This document shows positions 40,875 through 51,841 of a DNA stretch of 64,000 bases, piece after piece (the stretch's first letter is position 1; the number at the start of each line of letters is the position of its first letter). A program made the position numbers and the translations under genes. The stretch is from Candidatus Eiseniibacteriota bacterium (GTDB lineage Bacteria; Eisenbacteria; RBG-16-71-46), in contig JANLWX010000156.1 in the NCBI GenBank assembly GCA_031364845.1, forward strand, positions 1-64,000, in the 5' to 3' direction. The notes under the pieces were generated by a model that searched no databases, had not been told where the DNA came from, and saw nothing but the letters and a program-made list of their open reading frames with translations.

Positions 40875-40927
40875 ACGAAACCGGAGGACGCGGAAAGTCC
40901 CACATTCCGTTGCGCCTCCGGTTTCGT
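40875..40927. terminator. Hairpin between convergent genes
   Basis: 13-bp inverted repeat ACGAAACCGGAGG/CCTCCGGTTTCGT. Confidence 0.65.
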
Positions 40928-40952
40928 CGTATCCGGAATCGAACCTCGAGGA

Positions 40953-43900
40953 TCAGCGCGCGATGCCCGGGGCCATACGATCGACGCGATAGCCCGCCGC
41001 GGCCGCGGAGCGGATCAATTCGGCGCCAAGTTTCGCCAGGCCTGCGCGGCGAAGCAATCGGGTTGACTCATCGGACGGGGCCTCTCCCGCACCCTCGAGT
41101 ACGCCGGTCGAGACCAGCCATCGCACCAGCGTCTCGAAGGACTCGCGATGGAACCACCAAGCGTTCTCGTGCAGGTTGATGCGCAACAGGCGGCGAGTGG
41201 CGTCGTCGCTCCACAGTGACTCGAGGAATGCGGGAACCCGCGACGCATCCGCCGCCGCTTCTGCGAATCGATCGCCATGGATCACCAGCGCTTCGATCAG
41301 GTCCACGCGACGCGAGGCCTCCCGGGAACCGGCCCCCAACGCGTCCATCGTGGCTTCGAGTTCCCGGTCCCATCGATAGGTGCGCAATCCGAGCGGCGCG
41401 CCTGACGCCCCGGCGCGGATTCGTTCGGCGGACCGCGCGAACAGCCAGCCGAGCACCGTCGCCGGCGCCAGGGAGTCGTCCTCGTGGCCGGCAAGATCCG
41501 AATTCATCACCCGATCGAGCTGCTCGCCGGTCCGGCGCGCGAGGTCTCGTGCTGAGCCCGGCTCGAACGCCGTGCCTTCGCGGCGGCATACTGCAGTGAT
41601 CAGCCTCGCGAACTTGTCCTCCACTTCATTGCGCGACCGCGAAAGCTCATCACGCTCAGGATCGGATGCAGGCACTCCGGCGGTCACGGACGGAGGTGCG
41701 GCCTTGCCGGTCCCCGGGGCCGTTGCCGGGTTCGGCTTGGACGACAGAGACGCCTTGGTCGTCCTGGTGGCCGCGGCATGCGTTCGATCGCGTACATCCA
41801 CCAGCCAGCGGAACGCGCCCTCGTTCACGAGTTCCCGAAATGGCATCACCACCGGTCGCAGATGCAGCGCCTCGAGCTCGTTCGTGATGTCGGGCACTCC
41901 GCGCCCGCCGAGTTCGGCGGCAAGGGCCGCCCACGGATGCTGCGCGTCGTGCGACACCTCTCGGAAACCGAGGAACACCTGGCAGCGGTAGGCGTCGAGC
42001 TGCGCGTAGAGGCCGCGATCGTGGATCTCCCGTGACGAACGGACGTAGTCGAGCCCCGCGACCGGATCACGGAATACGCAGAACCGGTCCCCGGCCCGCG
42101 TGAGGCCGAGCGTCTCGCCGAGCGACTGCTGGCGCGTCACTTTCGCATCGCCTCCGGTCTTGACGGCAAAGGCAGCCGAAGTGCGGATCCACCCGGCGGT
42201 GCTCGCATAACGATTGTGATAGAGCACGAGGCCGTGCTCGAGGCCCGACCCGTTGGAGAACGCGAACACGTCTTCATTCACGCGACCTTCGTCGGTGAAG
42301 AAGTCGAACAGCCGAAAATTCCGGGCATCGGCGAAGACATGCCGCCGGTGGAGCAACGGGAAGATCTCGCGTTCGTGCCGCTCGATGAGTCCCTGATCCG
42401 GAATCTCCTGGCGCCCCGCACGGCGGAACTCCATACCGTAGCGTTCCGAGAATCCCTCGATCTGCCCATGCCCGAACATCGGCAGGCCCGGCAGTGTTGC
42501 CATCAACGTGCACACGCCGAAGTACTTGTCGCCGGTGCCGAACTGATCGACCGCCGTGCGCTCGTCCGGGTTGCTCATGAAGTTCACGTAGCGTTTGAGC
42601 ACGTCGGCATCGAACTCGAGCGTGCTCTTGATGACGGAACGGTAGTTGGCGTTCTCCTCGTCCCGCAGCATGTTCATGAACGCGCTGTTGTACACGCGAT
42701 GCATGCCGAGGGTGCGCACGAAGTAGCCTTCCATGAGCCAGAACGCCTCGGCGAGCAGCAGCGTGTCGGGGCTCTCCGCGGCGACGCGGTCGACCACCTC
42801 GCGCCAGAACTCCACCGGCATCGCGCGATCGAAGTCCTGCCGCGTGAGCCCATGCTCGGCGCGCGAAGGAATCGCCCCGCCCCCGCCCGGCTCCGGATAC
42901 CAGAGACGCTGGTAGTGCTTCTTCGCGAGCGTCATCGCTGCGTCGAGCCGGATCACAGGAAATCCCCGCGCGACATGAAGGATCGTCTGGATCACGGCCT
43001 CGCGGACTTCCGGCTTCAGATAGTCGAGCTGGGCCGTGTCGTTCCACGGCATCGAGGTGCCGTCGTTGCCGTGGTAGACGAAGCGCGTCTCACCGCTGCC
43101 GCGATCCACGCGCTGGAACACGACCGCGGCATCGGAACGGTCGTAGTAGTGATCGTCGATGCGGATCGCGACGCGATCGTCCCACGACAGGTCGGGCCCG
43201 TTGAACGAATACGAGGGATATGGCGAATGGTCGAGCGACACGAACCAATCCGGATGATCCATGACCCATTGCGAGTCGATGCCCATGTGATTCGGCACCA
43301 TGTCACTCGCCAGCCGGATGCCGTGCCGCCACGCCCGCGCGCGCAAGTCATCGCTGGCCGCATCGCCTCCGAGTGCGGCGGCGATGCGATAGTCGAGCAG
43401 CGAATAGGCCGAGGCGTCCGCCTCGGGGTTCCCGCACAGCTGCTTGATGCGCCGTGAACCCGGGCTTCGCTCCCACAGTCCGATCAGCCACAACGAGGTC
43501 ACGCCCCAGCGCGCAAGGCGCGCCAGTTCCTCCTCGGGCACCTGATCCAGACGCTCGATTGCGCGACCGTAGGTCCGAGTGAGCTGATCGAGCCACACAT
43601 ACGCGCTCTTCGCCATCAGCACGACCTGCGGCATCCAGTCGCGGTCCGGGGTGAAGTGCTCGCGCTCATGCTCGAGCGCACGGAAATCGGAGACGTCCCC
43701 GCGCTGCGATGTGGAGGGCCGCGCGCCGAAGCGCATGAAAAACGCGCGCTCGTCCTCGCGGATCACGTCCAGGGTGAGCAGCAGGCGCTTGAGGAAATCG
43801 CCGAGCAAGGCCCCCCAGCGCGTCCGGATGAACTCGAGCTGCGCAGTCAGCGACTGCGGGGCCGCGATCGCGGGGCTGCGCAGCATGTCGGGCAGGCTCT

Positions 43901-44489
43901 GGTCATCCGGACCGAAGCCCGGCTGCGTCGCGAAGAACGCACCCAGCGCCTCGATCACGGACCGGTAGGCGGTGGACTCCATGACCGAGTCGTCGAACAG
44001 CTCCTGATAGGGCGCGAACGCGGGATTGGCGTTGGCGAGCCACAGCATCATCAGTTCTTCCAGCACGATCTCGCGGTGGGATACACCGGCGGTCGCGCCG
44101 GCGAGGTATTCGTCCCGGCCCGTCTCGCCGCGATAGACCGCGAGCGGCGGGAACGTCTCCGTGAAGCGCACCAGCACGGCGTCGAGATCGCGCCGTCCGA
44201 CCTGTTGCTCGATCCAGCCGAGCGCGCGGGTCATCGCATCCATCGCGCGCTGCTCACGGTAGAGTGCGGCGACATGGTGCAGGATTTCGTCGATCAGACC
44301 CATGGCGTGCAGCGATCCGGCCTGCACGGTCTGTCCCGGATTCTTCGCGGCGTCGCGCGCCGCGTTCATCCGCCCGGCCAGCCGGCGCGTCTGTGCGAGA
44401 TCCGCGAGGACCACATTGCCGGTGAGCGAAAACCACGGCGCATCCATGCCGTATCGGTCGCGCGCGGCGCGCGAGACGTGGAACTCCAT
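40953..44489 (-). CDS. Large GH13 alpha-amylase family glycoside hydrolase
   Basis: DMVPNH, IRLDAAM, LLAEAFW, FMSNPDE catalytic regions; starts MEFHVSR. Confidence 0.92.
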   Translation of the reverse strand: MEFHVSRAARDRYGMDAPWFSLTGNVVLADLAQTRRLAGRMNAARDAAKNPGQTVQAGSLHAMGLIDEILHHVAALYREQRAMDAMTRALGWIEQQVGRRDLDAVLVRFTETFPPLAVYRGETGRDEYLAGATAGVSHREIVLEELMMLWLANANPAFAPYQELFDDSVMESTAYRSVIEALGAFFATQPGFGPDDQSLPDMLRSPAIAAPQSLTAQLEFIRTRWGALLGDFLKRLLLTLDVIREDERAFFMRFGARPSTSQRGDVSDFRALEHEREHFTPDRDWMPQVVLMAKSAYVWLDQLTRTYGRAIERLDQVPEEELARLARWGVTSLWLIGLWERSPGSRRIKQLCGNPEADASAYSLLDYRIAAALGGDAASDDLRARAWRHGIRLASDMVPNHMGIDSQWVMDHPDWFVSLDHSPYPSYSFNGPDLSWDDRVAIRIDDHYYDRSDAAVVFQRVDRGSGETRFVYHGNDGTSMPWNDTAQLDYLKPEVREAVIQTILHVARGFPVIRLDAAMTLAKKHYQRLWYPEPGGGGAIPSRAEHGLTRQDFDRAMPVEFWREVVDRVAAESPDTLLLAEAFWLMEGYFVRTLGMHRVYNSAFMNMLRDEENANYRSVIKSTLEFDADVLKRYVNFMSNPDERTAVDQFGTGDKYFGVCTLMATLPGLPMFGHGQIEGFSERYGMEFRRAGRQEIPDQGLIERHEREIFPLLHRRHVFADARNFRLFDFFTDEGRVNEDVFAFSNGSGLEHGLVLYHNRYASTAGWIRTSAAFAVKTGGDAKVTRQQSLGETLGLTRAGDRFCVFRDPVAGLDYVRSSREIHDRGLYAQLDAYRCQVFLGFREVSHDAQHPWAALAAELGGRGVPDITNELEALHLRPVVMPFRELVNEGAFRWLVDVRDRTHAAATRTTKASLSSKPNPATAPGTGKAAPPSVTAGVPASDPERDELSRSRNEVEDKFARLITAVCRREGTAFEPGSARDLARRTGEQLDRVMNSDLAGHEDDSLAPATVLGWLFARSAERIRAGASGAPLGLRTYRWDRELEATMDALGAGSREASRRVDLIEALVIHGDRFAEAAADASRVPAFLESLWSDDATRRLLRINLHENAWWFHRESFETLVRWLVSTGVLEGAGEAPSDESTRLLRRAGLAKLGAELIRSAAAAGYRVDRMAPGIAR

Positions 44490-44763
44490 GGTGACGCAAC
44501 GATCGTGGGACATTCGGTGGCGGCATCCGGGGCCCGACAGCATGAGCAGGCGTTGGCGGCCGACATCGTAGCAGACTGGCGGATGAACCGCCGATCGAGC
44601 ACCATCGCGCCTCGGTCGATGGCGAATGGGTTGCGCAATTCGGGTGGAGGTCGGATTCGATGGAGCGGTTGGCGGCGCACAGCACGCCGAATCGGGGATG
44701 GCACACGACACGGCGCAACTCGTGCCCGATGACGCGAGGCCTCGCGCTGGTTGGGCCGCGAAC

Positions 44764-46542
44764 ATGAGCGGGACCGGCCCGCTCGCCGAGCGCGGCGCGC
44801 AGATCATTCTCGCGTCCTACGAGATCTACGTCGATCGCTTCCGGGATCTGACGCGCCACGCACGCGCGCACTTCGAAGCGCGCGACTGGCATGCGACCCA
44901 CCGGGACTCGGCGCGGCGCCTCGACCTCTACACCGAGCTGGTGGACGAAGGCCTGGCGGCGCTTCGCGTGCTGCTCGGGGCCCGTTTCGAAGAGCGCTCG
45001 ATCTGGGCCGCGCTGCGTTCGCGTTTCGAGCAGATGATTGCCGGGCGTGGTGACGACGATCTCGCCGAGACGTTCTTCAACTCGATCACGCGGCGGATCT
45101 TCCATACGATCGGCGTCGATCCGGCGATCGAGTTCGTCGTGAGCGCCTCCCCCTACCAGCGCGCGTTCGGACGGCCGTGGAGTTTCACTGCCGACTTCGA
45201 GCGCGCGGGCGCGCACGCGTCGCTCTACCGGGAGGTGCTCGAACACTATCGGTTCGCGGTCGACTTCGTCGATACGGACGGCGACGCCGCGCTCATCGCG
45301 GCGACGGTCGAGGCCGAGCTCGGCGGCCGCGTGGCGGACCGGCTCGAGCTCGCGCGGCCGGTGTTCTATCGCAACATGCGCGCCTATGTCGTCGGAAAGC
45401 TGATCACCGGCGACACCGAGGTGCCGTTCCTGCTCGCCCTCGCGAATCCTCTCGGCCGGATCGTGGTGGACGCGGTGCTGCTCTCGGCCGACGAGATCAG
45501 CATCGTGTTCAGCTTTGCGCGCTCCTACTTCTTCGTCGAGATCGACATGCCGCGCGAGCTGGTCGAATTCCTGCGCACCGTCATGCCGCGCAAGCCGATT
45601 CCCGAACTGTACATGGCGATCGGGTGCAACAAGCATGGCAAGACCGAGCTGTACCGGTCTTTGCTCAACCACCTGCGCAAGTCGGACGAGCCGTTCGAAA
45701 TCGCGCCGGGCCAGCGCGGCATGGTCATGTGCGTCTTCACGCTCCCCGGGTTCGACATCGTCTTCAAGGTGCTTCGCGACCGCTTCGACTATCCGAAGAC
45801 GGTCACTCACGCCGAAGTGCGCGAGAAGTACCGGATGGTGTTCCGGCACGACCGCGCCGGCCGCCTGGTGGACGCCCAGGAATTCGAACATCTGGCGTTC
45901 GATCGGAGGCGGTTCTCGCCCCTGCTGCTCGAGGAATTGACGACTTCGGCCTCGGAGACCGTTCAGGTCCGGGGCGAGCACGTCGTAGTGGCGCATCTGT
46001 TTACGGAGCGCCGCCTGAGGCCGTTGGACGTCTATCTGACCGAGGCCGGGCCCGACGCGGCCCGGGAGGCGGTGGTCGATTATGGACAGGCGCTCCGCGA
46101 CCTTGCCGCGACGAACATCTTCCCGGGTGATATGCTGCTCAAGAACTTCGGGGTCTCGCGGCACGGCCGCCTGATCTTCTATGACTACGACGAGCTGTGC
46201 CGGCTCACCGACTGCGACTTTCGGAGGCTGCCGGCGCCACGTCACGACGACGAGGAGTTCGCGCAGGAACCGTGGTACTACGTCGGGGATCGGGATATCT
46301 TTCCCGAGGAGTTCCGGGCGTTCCTCGGGCTGCACGGCCCTCTGCTCGACGCGTTCCTGGATGCGCATGAGGAACTGCTGAGCGTCGAGTTCTGGCGTGG
46401 CATGCAGGAATTCCACCGGCGCGGCGAAGTTCTCGACGTGTTTCCATACAAGCATGCGAGCCGGTTGCGCCGCGCGCATTCGGACCCGCCTTCTGGGCCA
46501 TTCATCTCGAGGAGCCGAAACAATGAGCACAGTGACGGGTGA
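44764..46542 (+). CDS. aceK: Isocitrate dehydrogenase kinase/phosphatase
   Basis: [55 protein letters not shown]; start uncertain. Confidence 0.96.
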   Translation: MSGTGPLAERGAQIILASYEIYVDRFRDLTRHARAHFEARDWHATHRDSARRLDLYTELVDEGLAALRVLLGARFEERSIWAALRSRFEQMIAGRGDDDLAETFFNSITRRIFHTIGVDPAIEFVVSASPYQRAFGRPWSFTADFERAGAHASLYREVLEHYRFAVDFVDTDGDAALIAATVEAELGGRVADRLELARPVFYRNMRAYVVGKLITGDTEVPFLLALANPLGRIVVDAVLLSADEISIVFSFARSYFFVEIDMPRELVEFLRTVMPRKPIPELYMAIGCNKHGKTELYRSLLNHLRKSDEPFEIAPGQRGMVMCVFTLPGFDIVFKVLRDRFDYPKTVTHAEVREKYRMVFRHDRAGRLVDAQEFEHLAFDRRRFSPLLLEELTTSASETVQVRGEHVVVAHLFTERRLRPLDVYLTEAGPDAAREAVVDYGQALRDLAATNIFPGDMLLKNFGVSRHGRLIFYDYDELCRLTDCDFRRLPAPRHDDEEFAQEPWYYVGDRDIFPEEFRAFLGLHGPLLDAFLDAHEELLSVEFWRGMQEFHRRGEVLDVFPYKHASRLRRAHSDPPSGPFISRSRNNEHSDG

Positions 46543-47806
46543 ACCGATCGCGGTGAAGGACGGACGCATGGTGGTTCCGGATCATCCCGTTCTCCCCTTC
46601 ATCGAAGGTGACGGGACCGGACGCGACATCTGGCGCGCCGCGGTGCGCGTGTTCGACGCTGCGGTGGCCAAAGCGTATGGCGGAACTCGCCGCATCGGGT
46701 GGCACGAAGTGCTGGCCGGCCAGAAGGCCTTCGACAAGACCGGAAGCTGGCTGCCGGACGAAACACTCGAAGCGTTCCGCACCTATCGCGTCGGCATCAA
46801 GGGGCCCCTCACGACTCCGATCGGCGGCGGCATCCGTTCGCTGAACGTCGCGCTGCGCCAGATCCTCGACCTCTATGTATGTCTGCGTCCGGTGCGCTGG
46901 TTCAAGGGAGTTCCTTCCCCGGTCCGGCATCCGGAAAAAGTCGACATGGTCATCTTTCGCGAGAACACCGAGGACATCTACGCGGGCATCGAGTTTGCGG
47001 AAGGCTCGGAAGAGGCGCGCGCAGTGCTCGCGTTTCTCGAGGAGAAGTTCCCGTCGGCTTACAAGAAGATCCGATTCCCCGGGACCACGGCGATCGGCAT
47101 GAAGCCGGTGTCGCGCGAAGGCAGCGAACGGCTGCTGCGTTCCGCGATCGAGTACGCGATCCGGCACCGCCGCGCGAGCGTGACGATCGTCCACAAGGGC
47201 AACATCATGAAATTCACCGAGGGCGCCTTCCGCAACTGGGGTTACGCGCTCGCCGAGCGCGAGTTCAGCGCTCAGGTCTACACGTGGGAACAGTGGGAAC
47301 GGACGCGCGAGGCCCGGGGAGAAGACGCGGCCAATGAAGAGCAGCGCGCCGCCGTCGCGGCCGGGCGCGTAATCATCAAGGACGCGATCGCCGACATCAC
47401 GCTCCAGCAGGTGCTGACCCGTCCCGAGGAGTTCGACGTGATCGCGACCCTCAATCTGAACGGCGACTATCTGTCGGACGCGCTCGCGGCCCAGGTCGGC
47501 GGCATCGGTATCGCCCCCGGCGGCAACATCAACTACCTCACCGGCCACGCGGTATTCGAGGCGACCCACGGAACCGCGCCCCGCTACGCTGACCAGGACA
47601 AGGTGAACCCGGGCTCGGTCATCCTGTCCGGCGAGATGATGTTGCGCTACATTGGATGGAACGAGGCGGCGGATCTCGTGATCACGGGCATGGATGGTGC
47701 GATCGCGGGGCGGCGCGTGACCTATGACTTTGCGCGGCTCATGGACGGCGCGACCGAAGTGAAGTGCAGCGAATTCGCGGACGCGGTGATCCAATCCATG
47801 GGATGA
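46523..47806 (+). CDS. icd: Isocitrate dehydrogenase (E. coli-type homodimeric)
   Basis: [59 protein letters not shown]. Confidence 0.98.
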   Translation: MSTVTGEPIAVKDGRMVVPDHPVLPFIEGDGTGRDIWRAAVRVFDAAVAKAYGGTRRIGWHEVLAGQKAFDKTGSWLPDETLEAFRTYRVGIKGPLTTPIGGGIRSLNVALRQILDLYVCLRPVRWFKGVPSPVRHPEKVDMVIFRENTEDIYAGIEFAEGSEEARAVLAFLEEKFPSAYKKIRFPGTTAIGMKPVSREGSERLLRSAIEYAIRHRRASVTIVHKGNIMKFTEGAFRNWGYALAEREFSAQVYTWEQWERTREARGEDAANEEQRAAVAAGRVIIKDAIADITLQQVLTRPEEFDVIATLNLNGDYLSDALAAQVGGIGIAPGGNINYLTGHAVFEATHGTAPRYADQDKVNPGSVILSGEMMLRYIGWNEAADLVITGMDGAIAGRRVTYDFARLMDGATEVKCSEFADAVIQSMG

Positions 47807-47887
47807 CCCCCACTCCTCACACCCGCTTGCGGTGCGGCGCCCGCCCCACCCGTCCAACTACCTCTGATCGGATATGAGACCAAGACC

Positions 47888-49735
47888 ATGATCGAAGAAC
47901 GCACACCCGAGCAAGAAGCCGCGAATACCCCGACCCTGGCCGACGACGATGCCGGTCCTTCAAAGGAATTCGCGCAGGAGCTCGAGCACTTCGAGCATGG
48001 AAAGGCCGCCACGGCGACCGCCGCCCTCAAAGAGGTCAAGGCCGGCGCGAAGGTGCGCGGCCGTCTGGTCGCGATCGGCGACGAACAGAGCATGGTCGAG
48101 TTCGGCGGACGCAGTGAAGGTCTGATCGAGACGCGCCATCTCAAGGACGATGCGGGTGCCCTGAAGCATGCGGTCGGCGACGAACTCGAACTGTTCGTGC
48201 TCGAAGCAGCCGAGCAGGTCGTGCTCGCGCCTTCGTTAAAGGCCGAGGCCGGCAGTGCCGCGCTCCAGCAGATCCGCGCCTCGATGGCCGCGGGGATTCC
48301 GATCAGCGGCAAGGTCACGCGCAAGAACGCCGGCGGGCTGGAAGTCGATCTGTCGGGTGTGCGTGGATTCTGTCCCGTGTCTCAGATCGAGTCGGGCTTC
48401 TGCGCCGATCCGTCGGTCCACGTCGGACGCACCTACGAATTCCTCGTCACGCAGATCAAGGACGCGCGCAGTGTTGTCGTCTCGCGCCGCGCACTCTTAC
48501 AGAAGGCGGATCAGGAATCCGCGACGAAGCTGCTCGCATCGCTCAAGCCCGGCGACGAGGTCGAGGGAACGGTGGCGCGGCTCGAGACGTTCGGCGCGTT
48601 CATCAACCTGGGCGGCATGGACGGCCTCGCCCACGTCTCCGAGATCCGCCACGATCGCATCGGCCATCCGCGGGAAGCGCTGACCGTCGGCGAGAAAGTG
48701 CGCGCCAAGGTGTTGCGTCTCGATCACGGCAAGGACGGCAAGCCGCGAATCGCGCTGTCGATCAAGGCGGCCACGCCTGATCCGTGGATCGAGGTCGAGC
48801 AGAAGTTCAAGCAGGGGATGCGCGTGACCGGAACGGTCGTGCGGCTCGCCGAGTTCGGCGCGTTCGTCAACCTCGCTCCCGGAATCGACGGCCTGATCCA
48901 CATCTCGGAAGCGTCGTCGCGGCCGGTGGCGCACGTGAAGGAAGTGCTCACGCCCGGTCAGCAAGTCGAAGCCATGGTGCTCGGCGTCGATCCCGCGAAG
49001 AAGCGCATCGCGCTCTCCATGCGCGAGGGTGCGGGTGAACCCGAAGCTCCCGCGCGCAAGCCCAAGTCCGGCGAAACCGCCTCCGGCGTGATCGCCGGCG
49101 TGAAGCCGTTCGGAATTTTCGTCGACCTTCCGATTTACGGACGCCGGGCGCGCGGCCTGGTGCCGCGCGAAGAAACCGGTGCGCCGCGTGATGCCGACCT
49201 CGAACAGACGTTCAAGATCGGCGAAGCGGTCGAAGTCGAAGTGCTCGATGCCCGTGACGACCGCATCCGGCTCACGATGCGGAGTGCCGCCGATCGCGCG
49301 GCGTCCCCGCCGCAGGACTCCCCGGCGGACCGCGCATCGCGCGCGCCGCGTTCGGGCGGGATGGAGCCGGACCGTGGCGCCCGTCCGCCGATGACCGGCG
49401 AGCGGCCTTCGCGGGGCGCTCGACCGGGTGGCGGTGGCGGAGATCGCGGTGCTCGCAGCGAACGACCGGGTGGTGGCGGCGGCGGAGATCGTTCCGGACG
49501 CAGCGAACGCTCGGGTGGCGTCGGCCCCGGCCGTGGAGATCGCACCGGCCGCGGCGAACGTTCGGGTGGTGGAGGCGGCGGTGATCGCGGCGGCCGCGGA
49601 GGCATGGCGCGGGAGTCACGCTTCGACCCGCGCTACGAGCGCCCGGCAGCTCCTGCCGGTCCGCCCGAGCCGACGACCATGGCCATCGCGCTGCGCAAGG
49701 CGATGGAAAAGGCGAAGGAGAAAGCCGGCTCCTGA
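47888..49735 (+). CDS. Multi-S1-domain RNA-binding protein (RpsA-like) with Gly/Arg-rich tail
   Basis: Repeated FGAFINL/FGAFVNL/FGIFVDL S1 motifs; low-complexity C-terminus. Confidence 0.9.
   Translation: MIEERTPEQEAANTPTLADDDAGPSKEFAQELEHFEHGKAATATAALKEVKAGAKVRGRLVAIGDEQSMVEFGGRSEGLIETRHLKDDAGALKHAVGDELELFVLEAAEQVVLAPSLKAEAGSAALQQIRASMAAGIPISGKVTRKNAGGLEVDLSGVRGFCPVSQIESGFCADPSVHVGRTYEFLVTQIKDARSVVVSRRALLQKADQESATKLLASLKPGDEVEGTVARLETFGAFINLGGMDGLAHVSEIRHDRIGHPREALTVGEKVRAKVLRLDHGKDGKPRIALSIKAATPDPWIEVEQKFKQGMRVTGTVVRLAEFGAFVNLAPGIDGLIHISEASSRPVAHVKEVLTPGQQVEAMVLGVDPAKKRIALSMREGAGEPEAPARKPKSGETASGVIAGVKPFGIFVDLPIYGRRARGLVPREETGAPRDADLEQTFKIGEAVEVEVLDARDDRIRLTMRSAADRAASPPQDSPADRASRAPRSGGMEPDRGARPPMTGERPSRGARPGGGGGDRGARSERPGGGGGGDRSGRSERSGGVGPGRGDRTGRGERSGGGGGGDRGGRGGMARESRFDPRYERPAAPAGPPEPTTMAIALRKAMEKAKEKAGS
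49420..49605 (+). repeat. Imperfect coding tandem repeat (R[P/S]GGGGGDR..RSE), about 4 units
   Basis: Recurring GG(T/C)GGCGG..GG(A/T)GATCG units inside the S1 gene. Confidence 0.7.
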
Positions 49736-49753
49736 TCACGCGGCAACGACGAC

Positions 49754-49788
49754 AAAGCCGGGAACACGATGTCGTGTTCCCGGCTTTT
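49754..49788. terminator. Bidirectional rho-independent terminator
   Basis: 16-bp inverted repeat AAAGCCGGGAACACGA/TCGTGTTCCCGGCTTT between convergent genes. Confidence 0.85.
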
Positions 49789-49808
49789 CGATACCCGGAT
49801 CCGAAAGG

Positions 49809-50189
49809 TTACTTGCCCCCGGACACCGCACCTTCGTTGTAACGGCACAGGAACTTGCAGGCCTTCTTGCGTCCTTCGATCGCCTTCTTCGCATCGCGAT
49901 AGCGATCGTGCTCGTACTTGCGACAATCCAAGTTCGAGCCGCAGGCGCGAATGACTCGCTTGTGGAGTTCGAGTTCGGCATCCAGCGCACTGCGGTGATC
50001 GCGGTCGCAGCGCATGGTGCATTCCTTGTGTCGAGCGTCGAGTGGACCGTTGCCGCCCTTGGTGATCTGGAGCGTGGGATCGTTCACACTGCGACACTGT
50101 GAGAGTCCGAGGCCCACGCTCGCGAGTGCGAGCACCAAGAGCCCCGCGCGCAATGCGCGCCCAGATCGTTTCGGTTCATGAGAGATCAC
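49809..50189 (-). CDS. Small Cys-rich putative lipoprotein
   Basis: AAGGAG RBS plus GTG; hydrophobic stretch ending LSQC; Cx3C, Cx5C, Cx3C. Confidence 0.7.
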   Translation of the reverse strand: MISHEPKRSGRALRAGLLVLALASVGLGLSQCRSVNDPTLQITKGGNGPLDARHKECTMRCDRDHRSALDAELELHKRVIRACGSNLDCRKYEHDRYRDAKKAIEGRKKACKFLCRYNEGAVSGGK

Positions 50190-50584
50190 GGCTATCTCCT
50201 TCGCGTGGTGCATGCCCTGCTTCCGTCGGAATTCGACGGCGCTTTGCGAACTTCCGGTCCGTGCGGGGGCAAGGAACGGGCCAGAAAGTCCATCACGCCG
50301 AGTTCTCTGCGGGGGCAGCACTTGCGGGCCTGGGCAGGTGCTGTCGATAGGGCGCAAAGTTCCCGGACCTGCAAACTGTAATCCGCCCTTTACAATCCGA
50401 CAAGTCCGGAATCTGTTGCTTGCGCCGATCCCGCACGTCCTGTTTCGTCTCCGTGGACGTCCGATGCCTCGATGCTCGAGACGGTTGTTCGGCCCCGCCC
50501 GACACCTTATCTTGCCCCCTCACATCGACTCGATCGGGGCGCACCGCCCCCGGTTCCCAACGCCATCACGTAAGGAGCGGGTTC

Positions 50585-51013
50585 ATGTCACCAGCGCGCG
50601 AAGGCGACTCCGTGCGGGTCCACTACATTGGGAAGTTGCTCGACGGCACGGTTTTCGACTCTTCATCGGGGCGCGAACCGCTCGAGTTCACGATCGGATC
50701 GGGAATGCTGATCCCGGGATTCGAGCGCGGAGTGATCGGCATGGAGCCCGGTGAGCGGCGCACCACCACGATCCCCGTCGCCGATGCCTATGGCCCGCGC
50801 ATCGAAGAAAACGTGGTCGTCGTCGAACGCAGCGAACTGCCACCGGGAATGGATCCGAACGTCGGTGAGCATCTGGAAATCAGCGGTGATGAAGGTGAAA
50901 AAATTTCGGTGCGGGTAACCGAGACTTCGGCGAGCAGCATCACGCTCGATGCCAATCATCCGCTCGCCGGCCAGGACTTGGTCTTCGACATCGAGTTGCT
51001 GGATATCTCCTAG
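50585..51013 (+). CDS. FKBP-type PPIase with insert-in-flap (SlyD/SlpA-like)
   Basis: VHYIGKLLDGTVFDSS; AYG; LDANHPLAGQDLVF. Confidence 0.95.
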   Translation: MSPAREGDSVRVHYIGKLLDGTVFDSSSGREPLEFTIGSGMLIPGFERGVIGMEPGERRTTTIPVADAYGPRIEENVVVVERSELPPGMDPNVGEHLEISGDEGEKISVRVTETSASSITLDANHPLAGQDLVFDIELLDIS

Positions 51014-51033
51014 CCACCACACGGAGGACACGG

Positions 51034-51762
51034 GTGTCGATGAATCGCGCGCGTTCCGGGGCAGCTTCGGCATCGACCATCGTCACCACGGTCGTTCTTT
51101 TCGTGCTGGTCCTCTCGTGCAGTGTGATCTTCGGTGTTCCGGCAAGCCGGCCGTTCGGTCGGATGCTGATCCACGAGAACGGCCCGGTCGAAATGGCCAC
51201 GTTCCTGGCATTCATCTTCGGCGGACTGATCGCGCTCACCGGGGCCTGGCGACTCCGGCGCGCGCCGGACAAGGGCCGGCTCGTGATCCTGATCGTGGCG
51301 TTCGCGCTCGCGTGGATGTTCGCGGGCATGGAAGAGATCTCCTGGGGTCAGTCGCTGATCGGCTTCGCCTCGCCGCAGGGCATGGATCGCTTCAATGTCC
51401 AGAACGAAACCAACATCCACAATCTCGAAGGTGTTCAAAATCTCCACTCGTTCCTGCTGTTCCTGCTCGGTGCAGGAGGACTCGCGCTGGCCGCCTGCAT
51501 CGAACGCTGGCGCTATCCGGAACTGCGCGTCCCGGGCAGCACTAAGGCGTGTCTCACGGTCGTCGCGATCCTCGGGCTGTTCGACTGGATCACCGACAAC
51601 TATCCCTTCGGCAATCCCGCGGACACGATCATCGGCATGCTCGCCGAGGTGAACGAAATGGTGCTCGCGTTTGCGGGCCTGCTGTTTGCGATCGCGGTCG
51701 TATCACGAATCGCGACGCGCGCCCGCGACGGCGTGGTGCGACCCGGGCCCTCGCCTCGTTGA
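51034..51762 (+). CDS. Integral membrane protein, unknown function
   Basis: ENGPVE, EEISWGQ, NVQNETNIHN motifs; multiple TMs. Confidence 0.85.
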   Translation: MSMNRARSGAASASTIVTTVVLFVLVLSCSVIFGVPASRPFGRMLIHENGPVEMATFLAFIFGGLIALTGAWRLRRAPDKGRLVILIVAFALAWMFAGMEEISWGQSLIGFASPQGMDRFNVQNETNIHNLEGVQNLHSFLLFLLGAGGLALAACIERWRYPELRVPGSTKACLTVVAILGLFDWITDNYPFGNPADTIIGMLAEVNEMVLAFAGLLFAIAVVSRIATRARDGVVRPGPSPR

Positions 51763-51841
51763 TCGATACGCGCGGCATGCGGGCGCCGGAACTTCGCGCC
51801 CGGCGCCCGCATGCCCTATGTTCCCCGCAGGAGGAAATCGC

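Noticed and set aside
44254..46569. Long antisense and alternate-frame ORFs (for example the 771-aa ORF here, 59904..61928, 56201..58066, 62673..63806)
   Set aside because: Shadows of real genes caused by high-GC codon bias; no family motifs.
50198..50217. GG-N10-GC motif upstream of the Cys-rich lipoprotein
   Set aside because: It abuts the RBS, so the predicted transcript would exclude the Shine-Dalgarno sequence.
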